The notes below the pieces were generated by a model. That model did not search any database and had not been told where the DNA came from. It was given only the letters and a program-made list of their open reading frames with translations. DNA of 64,000 nucleotides from the human T2T-CHM13v2.0 reference genome, Homo sapiens. A program made the translations under genes and the position numbers. Shown piece by piece: positions 30,994 to 64,000 of this stretch. The stretch's first letter is position 1; each line of letters starts with the position of its first letter. The stretch lies in assembly GCF_009914755.1 (NCBI RefSeq), contig NC_060925.1; one strand, written 5' to 3'.

Positions 30994-32246
30994 ATATTTA
31001 ATTCATATTTAATGAGCGCTTTCTGTATTCCAGGCGCTGTACTAATTACTGAGATACAGTAGTGAATAAGACCTACCCGCTTATACTCTACTGAGGAAGA
31101 CATCCATAAACATGTAATTACAATAACGTGTAGTAAGTGTTGATAGGGGGATAAGGGGTTACTGTGGAAACGTATAACCATTTGAAGGTGAGGTAGTTGA
31201 GGAGATGTGGAACTTCTCCCAGGAGCAGGCAAAGGGAAAGAGGTAAGAGATAAGTAGGAGTTAGCTTAGCAAAATGGGAAGAGCACTGCATTTTAGGGAA
31301 CATTGAGAAACAAATTTAGCTTGCCCTTTTTGGCAGAAAGCAGAGTCACAAGAGATGCACCTATGAAGTGGAGAGGAAACAAGGATCCTGAGGAAGGTCT
31401 GGAAAACCCTCTAAAAGGAGAACACAGGACATTGTCTTTGCAGCTTCTTCATCTGCTCTTGGCAGCTTTCTAGATAGCTTAATAGAAACTTTGGTGGTTC
31501 CTGAAGCCACTGAACTAGTTGCTTATTCACTGAAGGAAGGCACTTGTATTTACAATAAATACAATGGCACTTCTGCATGGTTCAATTATGTTTTTTTTAA
31601 GTCTTCTTCATAAATTGCTAAAAGCTTTCTCTAATTGTGAGGATGTTTATTACATATCACTTCAAAACATTAACATGCTGAGAAAAGTCCAAATGAAGTA
31701 ACACAACTTACTTGTTTTACTGACACCATTCTCCAGTTTACTAATTATGTGTAAGTAATTCACATTAAGCAAACATGGTTGCACCAGAGCATTTGTATTG
31801 ATTGTATTGGTTACATTGTGATTATACCAGATAATCAACTCAAACTAGCTTAAGCAAAAAATGGATTATAACCATGATTTCATCAAATCTCAGATGTCTT
31901 GAATTCTAATATGACCCATTAAATGGGTTGAATTGTGTCCCCCAAAAAGATATGTTGAAGCCCTAACTCCTAGCACCACAGAAAGTGAACTTCTTTGGAA
32001 ATAGGGTCTTTACAGAAGTAATCAAGTTAAAGTGAAGTCATCCAGTATAACTGGTGCCCTTTTAAAACGAAGAAATTTGGACACAGACATGAATAGGGCT
32101 TCTGAGGTACTGGTAATGTTCTGCTTTCAGATGCTAATGGAGTGTTTACCTTGCAAAATTTGTCAAGCAGTAAACTTATGAGAGAGAGATATATTTTATG
32201 TGATTTCTATATGTGTGTGTATGCATGCATATATATATATATATAT

Positions 32247-32490
32247 ACAGTTGTCCTTCTATACATGTCCTTCTATACATGAGGGATTGGTTCTAGGACC
32301 CCCCCATGTATACCAAAATTCGTGCATACTCAAGTTGCCCAGTGTGCCCTGCAGAACCCTCCTATACAAAAAGTTAACTTATGTATGTGCATATTTCACA
32401 TCCCTTGAAGTCATCCGCCTTTGATTTAAAAACTCTGCATATAACTACACCCTTGTAGTTCAAACCCGTGTTGTTCAGGGGTCAAATGTA
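32247..32490. mobile_element. MER2/Tigger-type TcMar fragment
   Basis: TA-cagttg start, gggattggttctaggaccccc..ataccaaaat, ends gttgttcaggggtcaaatg-TA. Confidence 0.7.
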
Positions 32491-32834
32491 CACACATAAA
32501 TACTTTTCTGTTTACATTATTTTTAATCGGAACATAATTGTTGTACATATTTAGTGAGTAAGCATATGCACTTTTCTGTATGAACACTATACTTCAATAA
32601 AAAGATGGGGTGGGGGTGGAGATACTGGCTTTCAAGTGAGAGGAAACAACCTAAGCAGGAACACAGGGGCTTGATGAGCTTATCCAGGAACATCTCATCA
32701 AATGGGAAAAGAAGAGGAGCTGGGGGTGGCAGAGGGCAGAGGAAATGTATTAAGTAGTGGGACTTAAAATTGGCCTGGGTCCCTTCTGTTTCTAAGAATC
32801 TATACTTTTGTCATACCCCAAGGCCTTATAGCTA

Positions 32835-36473
<3,639 letters not shown>

Positions 36474-36879
36474 TATAATCCTTACTTTTACTGTGATATA
36501 CTGCTATTTTCTATTCTCTTCTAGTCTATATCTTTTTGTGTGTTAAGCACTACACTTATCGAGGGACAGCCCAGGCAGGGTAAAGGAGAATCCATGTTGG
36601 GAGGACAATCAGCCAGGAGGAAGACATGTTAGAGTCCAAGTAGGCTGAATAGAGCGTCCCCACAGAGCAACAATCTTGTGTGAGCATCTGAATAGAGTGA
36701 GAAAGGCAATTATGTGAAAGGAGTGGCCCAGCATGAAAATCCCAGGTCCTGGGAAGCCCCTTGCCAGCAACAGGAAAAGTCCCAGTGCAAAAGCCTTGTG
36801 ATGGCCCCCAAAATAGAGGCTGAAAGCAACACTATTGTTAGTGTCAAATAGATTCAACATAAATTATCTGCCTTCTGTA

Positions 36880-47763
<10,884 letters not shown>

Positions 47764-48149
47764 CAGAAGTTGATAGGACAAAAAGAGACCAGGGTAAGTA
47801 TTCACAGACTTGTTTCTGCCACTTTCAGCTCTTTTAAAGGGATATCTATATGACTCAATATTGTGCCTTTGTTATACTCATTAGTTAAATGGGCAGAGAA
47901 ACAGAATGGAATGAGCCTAAATGAGAAGCCATACAGAAGATGTCTGACAGAAATTATTCCAAAAGTGAGAAGAAGAGACCCAGAAAGGATAGGAGTTTCC
48001 AAAGAGACAAAGAAGAGCAATTTAGGAGAGTAGTTTCTATGATGAGTGGGACTTTGGGGGGAGATTTATAGGGGATTATAGAATATGTTGTTGTGTTAGA
48101 TGGTGCAGTTCTACTTTATCTTTCCTCATATTTATTCCAGTTATAATAA

Positions 48150-48390
48150 TAATAATAATTTACTGAATAGTAATTACTGTGTCAGACACTATGCTAAGCA
48201 CTTTGCATACATTATCTCATGTAATCCTAATAACAAACCTGTGACCTCTCATTATCCCCATTTTACAGTCAAGAAAACTTAGTCTAGAGAAGTTAAGCAG
48301 GTCATCCAAGGTCACCCAATTAGTAAATAGCAGAGCTAGCGGAGCAAGGATGTGGGTCTTGGCTGACTCCAGAGCTTGTGTTCTTACGTG
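48150..48390. mobile_element. MIR SINE
   Basis: attatccccattttacag..aagaaaact..agaagttaagca..ccaaggtcac. Confidence 0.8.
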
Positions 48391-48779
48391 TTTTGCTATA
48401 TAACACGATCATTTGTCACTGACATGTGGGATCTGGAAGCATATGCGAAAGTGTAAAGAGGCCATGCAGCCTACTTCAGCCTACTTCCAGCTGAGGCTGG
48501 AGTTGCTACTATGACTTCTATGTCATCAAGCCCTTAACATTCCAGGGTTTTAGATAGTCCTTGCATATTTTCAGAAAGTAACCATTCCTATCACCATTTC
48601 TTCACTCACATAAGAAAAATGGTATACTCCTCTGTCTCTCTGTCTTTTCAAAGGCTGGCATTTTTCTTTCCCACTGTTATTCTTCGGGAAAAGAGCCATC
48701 CGTGAGAAAGTGGCTAACATGACCTCTGTATGATTCAGAGAAATGTGTCCACCACAACCGAGATAAACTCCTTGTCCAG

Positions 48780-49500
<721 letters not shown>

Positions 49501-49624
49501 TGAACACATTTAGAGGTAGACTGACTCCAGAAACTCAGTCATAGCACAGACTGATTGGTGGTAGAGTTCCTCAGTAGGCCAACTCCTCTACACATAAAGG
49601 AAAAAAGAGTTCCCCAGATCTCTA

Positions 49625-49840
<216 letters not shown>

Positions 49841-50104
49841 CTACTTGAGCCTGCCCCAGCCGAGATCACACTATTGCACTCCAGCCTTGGTGACAGAGTG
49901 AGACTCCATCTCAAAAAATAAATAAATTAATTAAAAAATCAGACTATTCCTATCCTGTGCCATGTACTGTCCTAAGAGTTTATGTCTACATTTAATCTTC
50001 ACAATGTTACTGACAAAGCTGGTTCCAGCTGTCAGGTGCCTGTTGCCAGGTCTGCGGTGAGGCAAAGGGCCTTCCCAAATAGGCCTTCCCTAATCTAGTC
50101 CAGT

Positions 50105-50122
50105 GTCCCATCTGGGTTGCCA
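50105..50122 (-). other. Retroviral primer-binding site, tRNA-Arg(CCG)-like
   Basis: Minus strand TGGCAACCCAGATGGGAC, one CpG-type mismatch from the complement of a tRNA-Arg-CCG 3' end (GTCCCATCTGGGTCGCCA), 6 nt after the LTR-terminal CA. Confidence 0.8.
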
Positions 50123-50128
50123 GTTTTA

Positions 50129-50695
50129 TGAACAACAAAGCTGGTCCCTATAAAGATGTGGTACTTTACTATTTGGTGTCATGAAGTCAATATACAAAAC
50201 TAAAAGTGAGTGTCAACCAGTGCAGGCTTTATTCAATGGCCATGGAATCCAGAAGTGGGAGCCTGGCTCACTAATCAATGTCTCAATAAGTGAAAGGTGA
50301 GGGGACTAAAATTTAGGGCTTCTCTAATAATGGGGTTGGACTTTAAAAGCAAGGGGAGAAATACTCACATTTTTTCTGGAAATGGGTGGTGGGCTTCCCA
50401 GAACCATAGTGCTGCCTTCTTTTTTGTGCTTTTATGGCTTCTTCTGGTCACTGTCTTGGCAATTGTCAACTGTCATGGCACTAGTGGGAGTGTCATTTAG
50501 CATGGAAGTGAGATTATAATGAAGCCTGAGGTCTTCTTGAAGTCATTTGGTTGGCTATCTTGGTTCTAACCAGTCTCAGTTAGTCTGGTTACAAAGGGAA
50601 CTTTTAATTGCAGGCATCCTGTTTCTTAAAGATAAACAAGAGTTTGGATACAGTAGGAATTCACCTATGTCACCTACATGTTATACCAGGTGACA
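50129..50695 (-). mobile_element. ERV1 LTR (MER4-group / MER41-related)
   Basis: On the minus strand it starts TGTCACC after a PPT and ends ..TTGTTCA. Contains ATGCTAAATGACACTCCCACTAGTGCCATGACAGTTG (MER41-like) and AATAAA (+ strand tttatt at about 50228). Followed by a tRNA-Arg PBS. Confidence 0.82.
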
Positions 50696-50703
50696 AATCT
50701 CCC

Positions 50704-52900
<2,197 letters not shown>

Positions 52901-54131
52901 TATTTCATTAGCTAACAATAGCTGTTTTCTTAGCTCAGTGGTTCTCAAACTTCATTGTGTATCAGGATCCTCCCACCTTAGCATCCTGAGTAGTTGGAAC
53001 TATAGTTGCACGCAACCATGCCTGGCTAATTTTTGCTTTTGTTTTTGTAGAGACAGGGGTCTCACTTTGTTGCCCAGCTTGATCTTGAACTCCTGGGCTC
53101 AAAGTATTCTTCCCACCTCAGTCCTCCTAAGTGCTGTGGGATTACCGATGTGAGCCGTTGTGTGCCGGGTCAGGATTTTAAATAATGATGCAACATGGTT
53201 AGCCTTTACCTCCTGCTCTTTTTATAGTATGATACCAAGGCTTATTAACATACTATAGGCATTCTCTTCTAAGATCTCGGGGGAAAACCTATTCTATTTA
53301 CACGTGTATTATATAATATATTTATTTCACATTTAGCAAAAAAATGCAATCTAAAGATCATGATCATGGCTCATTGTTCCTTGACTTTGATGGGGATAAT
53401 TGCAAGGCTGAGATTTTTCTCTCCATGTGGGTTCTCATCATTCAGCAAGCAGCAGCCAGTTTAAACTTCTTTACATGGCACCTTTGTTCCAAAACAGCAA
53501 AGGCAGAAGCTGCCAAGAATCTTCAGGCTCAGGCTCCAGTGCTCACACAACATCATTCTGCCACATCCTATTGGTCAAAGCAAATCACAAGGCCTGTCCA
53601 GATTCTAGGCCATAGGGTAATAGAGTCTACCTTTTGATGGAAGGAGAGGCAATGTCATGGACCATGAAAATGAGGACTCATGAGACTCATAATACTTTAG
53701 GAGTTATTATGATAACAATCTGCCACAGTTGGAGAGTGCGAATTATTTTGCTACATAGAGCTTTGATCAACTAAATATAAAATAATCTCTAGAAATTAGC
53801 ATCTTTTTCTTTTAAATTATTCAAGGAAATTCTTTATCATAAATCTAGTAAGTCTTTAATCAGCATAACATATATCCCTGAGCCAACTTCAACCATTTTC
53901 ACTGTACCTAAAAAGTAAAACTGCTGAAACTTCATCTAGAAATTGGCAAGAACTTTGCATTTTTCTTCTCCATTTGAATTCTGTGTCTGAAGTGTAGGAC
54001 TCTCAGCACTATACACACTATCTGAACACTAATTAAAGGGAGGATATATAAAAGAGAAAAAAGAAGTGATTTTCATCCTTTATGAGGCAAAAAAGAAAGT
54101 ATAAATTTTAAACACAGCAAATTTCCCTTAG

Positions 54132-56745
<2,614 letters not shown>

Positions 56746-57717
56746 TGCTTCCACACATTTTTAGAAAGAACTTAGTGAAACCAAAATATGAAGCCTTTTG
56801 GGAAATGTTAACCTAGACTTCTGAACTAGTGTGTAGTATTTTAAAAAGCATTTGATGTTAGAAGGAAAAAAAGAAAGCACTTGATGAAGAGTCAAGAGTC
56901 TTGGTATTCAAGTTCAGGCTATTTCATTAACTACCTGAATGACACTGAGCAATCCAATTAAATCTGCTTGTTCAAAGATCTCTAACTCATTTACCATTTA
57001 TCATTATCATTCTGTGATGCCATTCATTGGTCTTACCTTGAGCTCTAAATCCTCTCTTGACATCTTTAATTTTTATTAAAGGACATTTCCTGCAGTCTCA
57101 ACTGGCTTGTGCATTTAGCAAAATGACTGTGCATTTCACAACTGCATAAGCAAATTAAGAAAAAATAATAATCCTTACTGATATATACATGGATCTTACT
57201 ACCATTCTATAAAAAGTTAGGTATAGGCTTGCTGTTTTTATTGAGATCGTTAGATTTCCTCAGCCTGGCCCAAGGCAAGGCTTCTAAAACTGTGAGGTTT
57301 GTACAGGTAGCCTCACACCTCTCTTTCTTCACCTCCTCCTACTTCCTCATAAAGCCTTTGCCCTGACCCCAGGTGTCTCTGCTTTCATCATACTTTGCAA
57401 GCTGCCAAACACCCACCTCTTTCTAACCCCCTTCTGCCCACTGTTTTGTTCACTCTTTCGTACACAGTGCCTCATTATTAAAATTCCTTCTTATTTATAA
57501 AAACCAATGTTCATACATAAAAGTTCCCAACTCAGTGGATATGATGAGGAAAACTATTAGATTAAAAGAATTAATATTAAGTTGTGAATAAATCTACAGC
57601 TCATTTTACAGAAATGTAATTGGTGGAATTTCAGACTTAATAGCAACGTAAAAAAATTTTAGGGGGTGCAGGGAAATTTAGGAAGGTACAAGTCACTTAA
57701 AGGGCCTGTCTGCTTTA

Positions 57718-57885
57718 TAGCCTTGCTGCTTAAAGTGTGGTCCTAGGACCAATAGCAATGAAATCAGCTGGGAGCTTGTTAGAAATAAGAACCTCAGTTC
57801 CACGTGTCAAAATTTGCATTTTAACAAGATAGGGGAAACTCGGGGTAGTTTGTACGTATGTTAAAGTTTGAGAAGCACTGGTTTA
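57718..57885. mobile_element. MER5A-like hAT-Charlie
   Basis: aaagtgtggtcctaggacca..gggagcttgttagaaat..tgcattttaacaagat..aaagtttgagaagcactg. Confidence 0.8.
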
Positions 57886-58224
57886 TAGTATTCCAAGTAG
57901 GCAAACACCTTTTCTCCTCTTTAATTTAAAGCGTGGTCAGCTATTGCTTATGAGGATCTGTAGTCAGTGAAGACCAATTTGATGTTTCTAAGCAGCCTTC
58001 CAATTGTTGACCCAAGGGCATAATTGCCACAAATACTCTATTATAATTTAATACATTTGGGGGGAAGAAGCATTCCAAAAAGCTTTTTTAACTCAGTGTT
58101 GAAGGGATGTACAGCAACTGAAAATTAGAAAACTGTCTAGGATACACAAGTACAGTAGTGAAACCAGAAATCAATGGCTGAATAAAGGATTTCAACCTGT
58201 ATGACAATCTAAAGCAAATACAAC

Positions 58225-58643
58225 TGTTAAATAAAATTTATGGGAGGCCATTGTTTTGGACTGAGCTTCTGCACTGGCCCAACAGACCAGGCCAAACCAG
58301 AATGGAGTCACTGAAACTAAGTGCCATATAATCAACTGAACTTTGAAATTGTCAGTTAAAACCAACCAACCAGGAGATTCACAGCAACCAATCAGAAGGG
58401 GCCCAGTTTACCTGACCAAGCATGTTAGAAAGTTCCCTCTGTTTTAACCCTATAAGAAAAGTAGCTGAAAGACCAATCTCCCTTTTGTTATCTTTCTACT
58501 TTCTTCAGTGCTTTTTTGCCTATAAAGCCAATCCCCTCTTATCAGCTCCGTGAAACGCCATTCTTTTATGTAGGATGAGATGTTACCTGTTTCTTGAATT
58601 GCAGATGAAAGTCAATTAGATATTTAAACTAATTTTTTTTTTG
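58225..58643 (+). mobile_element. ERV1 solo LTR (MER57/MER65-like; family uncertain)
   Basis: tgttaaataaaatttatgggaggccattgttttggactgagc..aatggagtcac..CCAAT..cctataaag. Confidence 0.75.
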
Positions 58644-58855
58644 GTAACTTTGTCTTTTGAAGCAAGAATGGAATCACTACACAGTTGCTAGGACTGCTAT
58701 TGAGAAGTAGAGGAGGAAGTTAATGTTGTGTTTATGTTAAATGTATTAACAAAGGTAGCCAATCCAATCCAATTAATTCCACAAGGTCTTTTTCAACTTC
58801 CATCTCCTATCTTGTATGAAGCCTTTTCTGCTTCTTTCTATACATCCGCCTTTAT

Positions 58856-58968
58856 TAGGTGATCAACTGTCCTGGTTATCTTAGGACTATCCTGGTTTTC
58901 TCACTGGAGGTTCTGCATCCCAGGAGATCCCTCAGTCTCCAGCAAACCGGGACGATTGGTCACTCTAC
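58856..58968. mobile_element. MER94-like hAT-Blackjack MITE
   Basis: Imperfect TIRs taggtgatcaactgtcctggtt / aaccgggacgattggtcactcta. Confidence 0.75.
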
Positions 58969-59612
58969 CTGCACTCCTAGCTAGAAATACTGCTTCTGAC
59001 TTTTAACTTCTTTAGCTCTCTGAACTCTCACCATTTATTTAGCACCTGTCATATTTTGCTTTACATCATAATTATTTGCGTACAAGAAATGTTTCTGAGA
59101 TTTGCTTACAAATTACTTCAGGGTAGAACTGCGTCTTTCATCATTTCCTTTGTTCCATGCAGCATTAATCCAGTGTTAGATTTGTAGGAGTCACTCAACA
59201 GTTTGAATGAAGGAATCTACTTGAAAAAAATAACTATTGCCAATTGGAACTATGCCTGCCATGGAGTTTCAATCTATTGAATCACAAAAGTGACAGTTTG
59301 GAAATCCAAATAGTCTTATATTCCTATTTTTGCATTTAGGACTATTTTAAATGTGGCTTCAATCCAACCTTTCACTCCTCCACTGTGTTCCTTGAACATG
59401 ATTAATGCAAGAATATCCAGGGGGTAAAAGAAATCAAAAGATAAGCATTTTCCCAGAGAGTAGTGTTTACTTAAAGATTTTATTTTTTTAGTGGGGGTGT
59501 GTGAATGTCTGCACAATTAATATGTTTTGTCAGATTTTTCATTTGGGGCAGTATGAAAGATTAGGTGTCCAGAAAAATCCTCCTGGCATGCAACCCCTAA
59601 AAATGATGGAAT

Positions 59613-59651
59613 ACACGCACACACACACACACACACACACATCACACACAT
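59613..59651 (+). repeat. (CA)n microsatellite
   Basis: acacgcacacacacacacacacacacacatcacacaca. Confidence 0.95.
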
Positions 59652-59657
59652 ACAAAT

Positions 59658-59980
59658 GGTTAAAAGATAAACTTGACCACATTAATATTTTAATGAGTTT
59701 ACTTGAGCATTCAGCAATGCATGAGTGGGGCAGCACCAGCCTGCAAGCAGTGAAGTGATCCAAGGGGAATGAGAGACAAACTTTTATGACGTGTTTGTGG
59801 AAGCAAGACAAATAAAATATATTTGATTGGTTAACGTGGAAATCCCTAGTTAGAAGTTAATTGATGGCTTCTGATTGGTTAGGCTTAAGTTTTCTTTTGC
59901 CATTTACATTGAACTTTGGTTTGCTTGGGTAGGAACCCAAGGTGCTGAAGCCATCTCAGCCTAATGGCCTCCCAATTAAA
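59658..59980 (-). mobile_element. ERV1 solo LTR flanked by CA microsatellites
   Basis: Minus strand start AATTGGGAGGCCATTAGGCTGAG, similar to the LTR at 58225; CCAAT boxes (gattgg on +). Confidence 0.6.
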
Positions 59981-60554
59981 CCATATGTGTGTGTGTTTAC
60001 ACACACACACACACACGCACACTCAAAAAGCTTTAATATGTATGGCTCAGTTGGTAGGAAGACTTGAAATCAACAGTGCACTCAAATGTTAATATTTGCT
60101 CTGGGGGCATTTGTCTACATGGGTGGCCTAATGCTTGGGTTCTAGTAGATTCAGTGAGCAGGGGAGAAAACTAAGACTTAGCCCTTTATGGTGCAAGATT
60201 GGATGGAAGCCCCTGCATGGATTTGGGAACCGCCCCCCGCCCCCCACAAAGATACTTCACTTCAGCAGGTAAATTTAAAAAAAAATGGCAGGATTTGTCA
60301 GGGATGCTTGTCTGTCTCAACTTAAGTTTTGTCAGAGGAAAAATATGTTTTTATGAAAGTTCCTAACCATGCAAAACAACAACAACAACAACAACAACAA
60401 AAGCAAATCCCTAAAATCCCTAGATACAAATTTAAAGTGGCCTTAGATTGGTACTGCTCCACCTGGCAGAATTACCTGGGAGAGCAAATTCAAATACTCT
60501 CTGGAAGAAGGTGCTTTAAACCTGGACCTCAGAGAAATCCCAAGGAATATGAAT

Positions 60555-62250
<1,696 letters not shown>

Positions 62251-62368
62251 AGTCTTTTAAAATCTAATCTAATTATATATCATCACTTCTCCCATATTCT
62301 ATTGATTACACAGACCCATTCTGGTACAATGTGGGAGACACTACATGAGGATGTTAATACCAGAAGGC

Positions 62369-64000
<1,632 letters not shown>

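Overview
Primate (almost certainly human) genomic DNA that is very rich in Alu elements. A CpG island at about 23.9-25.1 kb contains the promoter and first coding exon of ABL2 (ARG tyrosine kinase, myristoylated 1b isoform) on the minus strand. Positions 1-24262 are therefore ABL2 intron 1, and about 24.7-64 kb is upstream intergenic DNA. The intron contains a disabled B3GALNT1 retrocopy on the + strand, split by Alus. The upstream region contains a decayed hAT-Tip100 (Zaphod-like) transposase broken up by younger insertions, and an ERV1 (PABL/HERV-R(b)-like) remnant with an env transmembrane fragment. A COX5B processed pseudogene sits exactly at the junction between that ERV's polypurine tract (PPT) and its LTR. 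The rest is Alu, L1, MIR, MaLR, ERV1 LTR and MER DNA-transposon debris. Nearly all ORFs in the supplied track are Alu- or low-complexity artefacts. I found no convincing new biological system. The most unusual items are: an LTR flanked by both a PPT and a primer-binding site (PBS); a TISU-like polyalanine uORF over the ABL2 GCG repeat; a possible fossil splice isoform in the B3GALNT1 retrocopy; and several odd Alu architectures. Repeat family names and boundaries are recognised by eye and are approximate.
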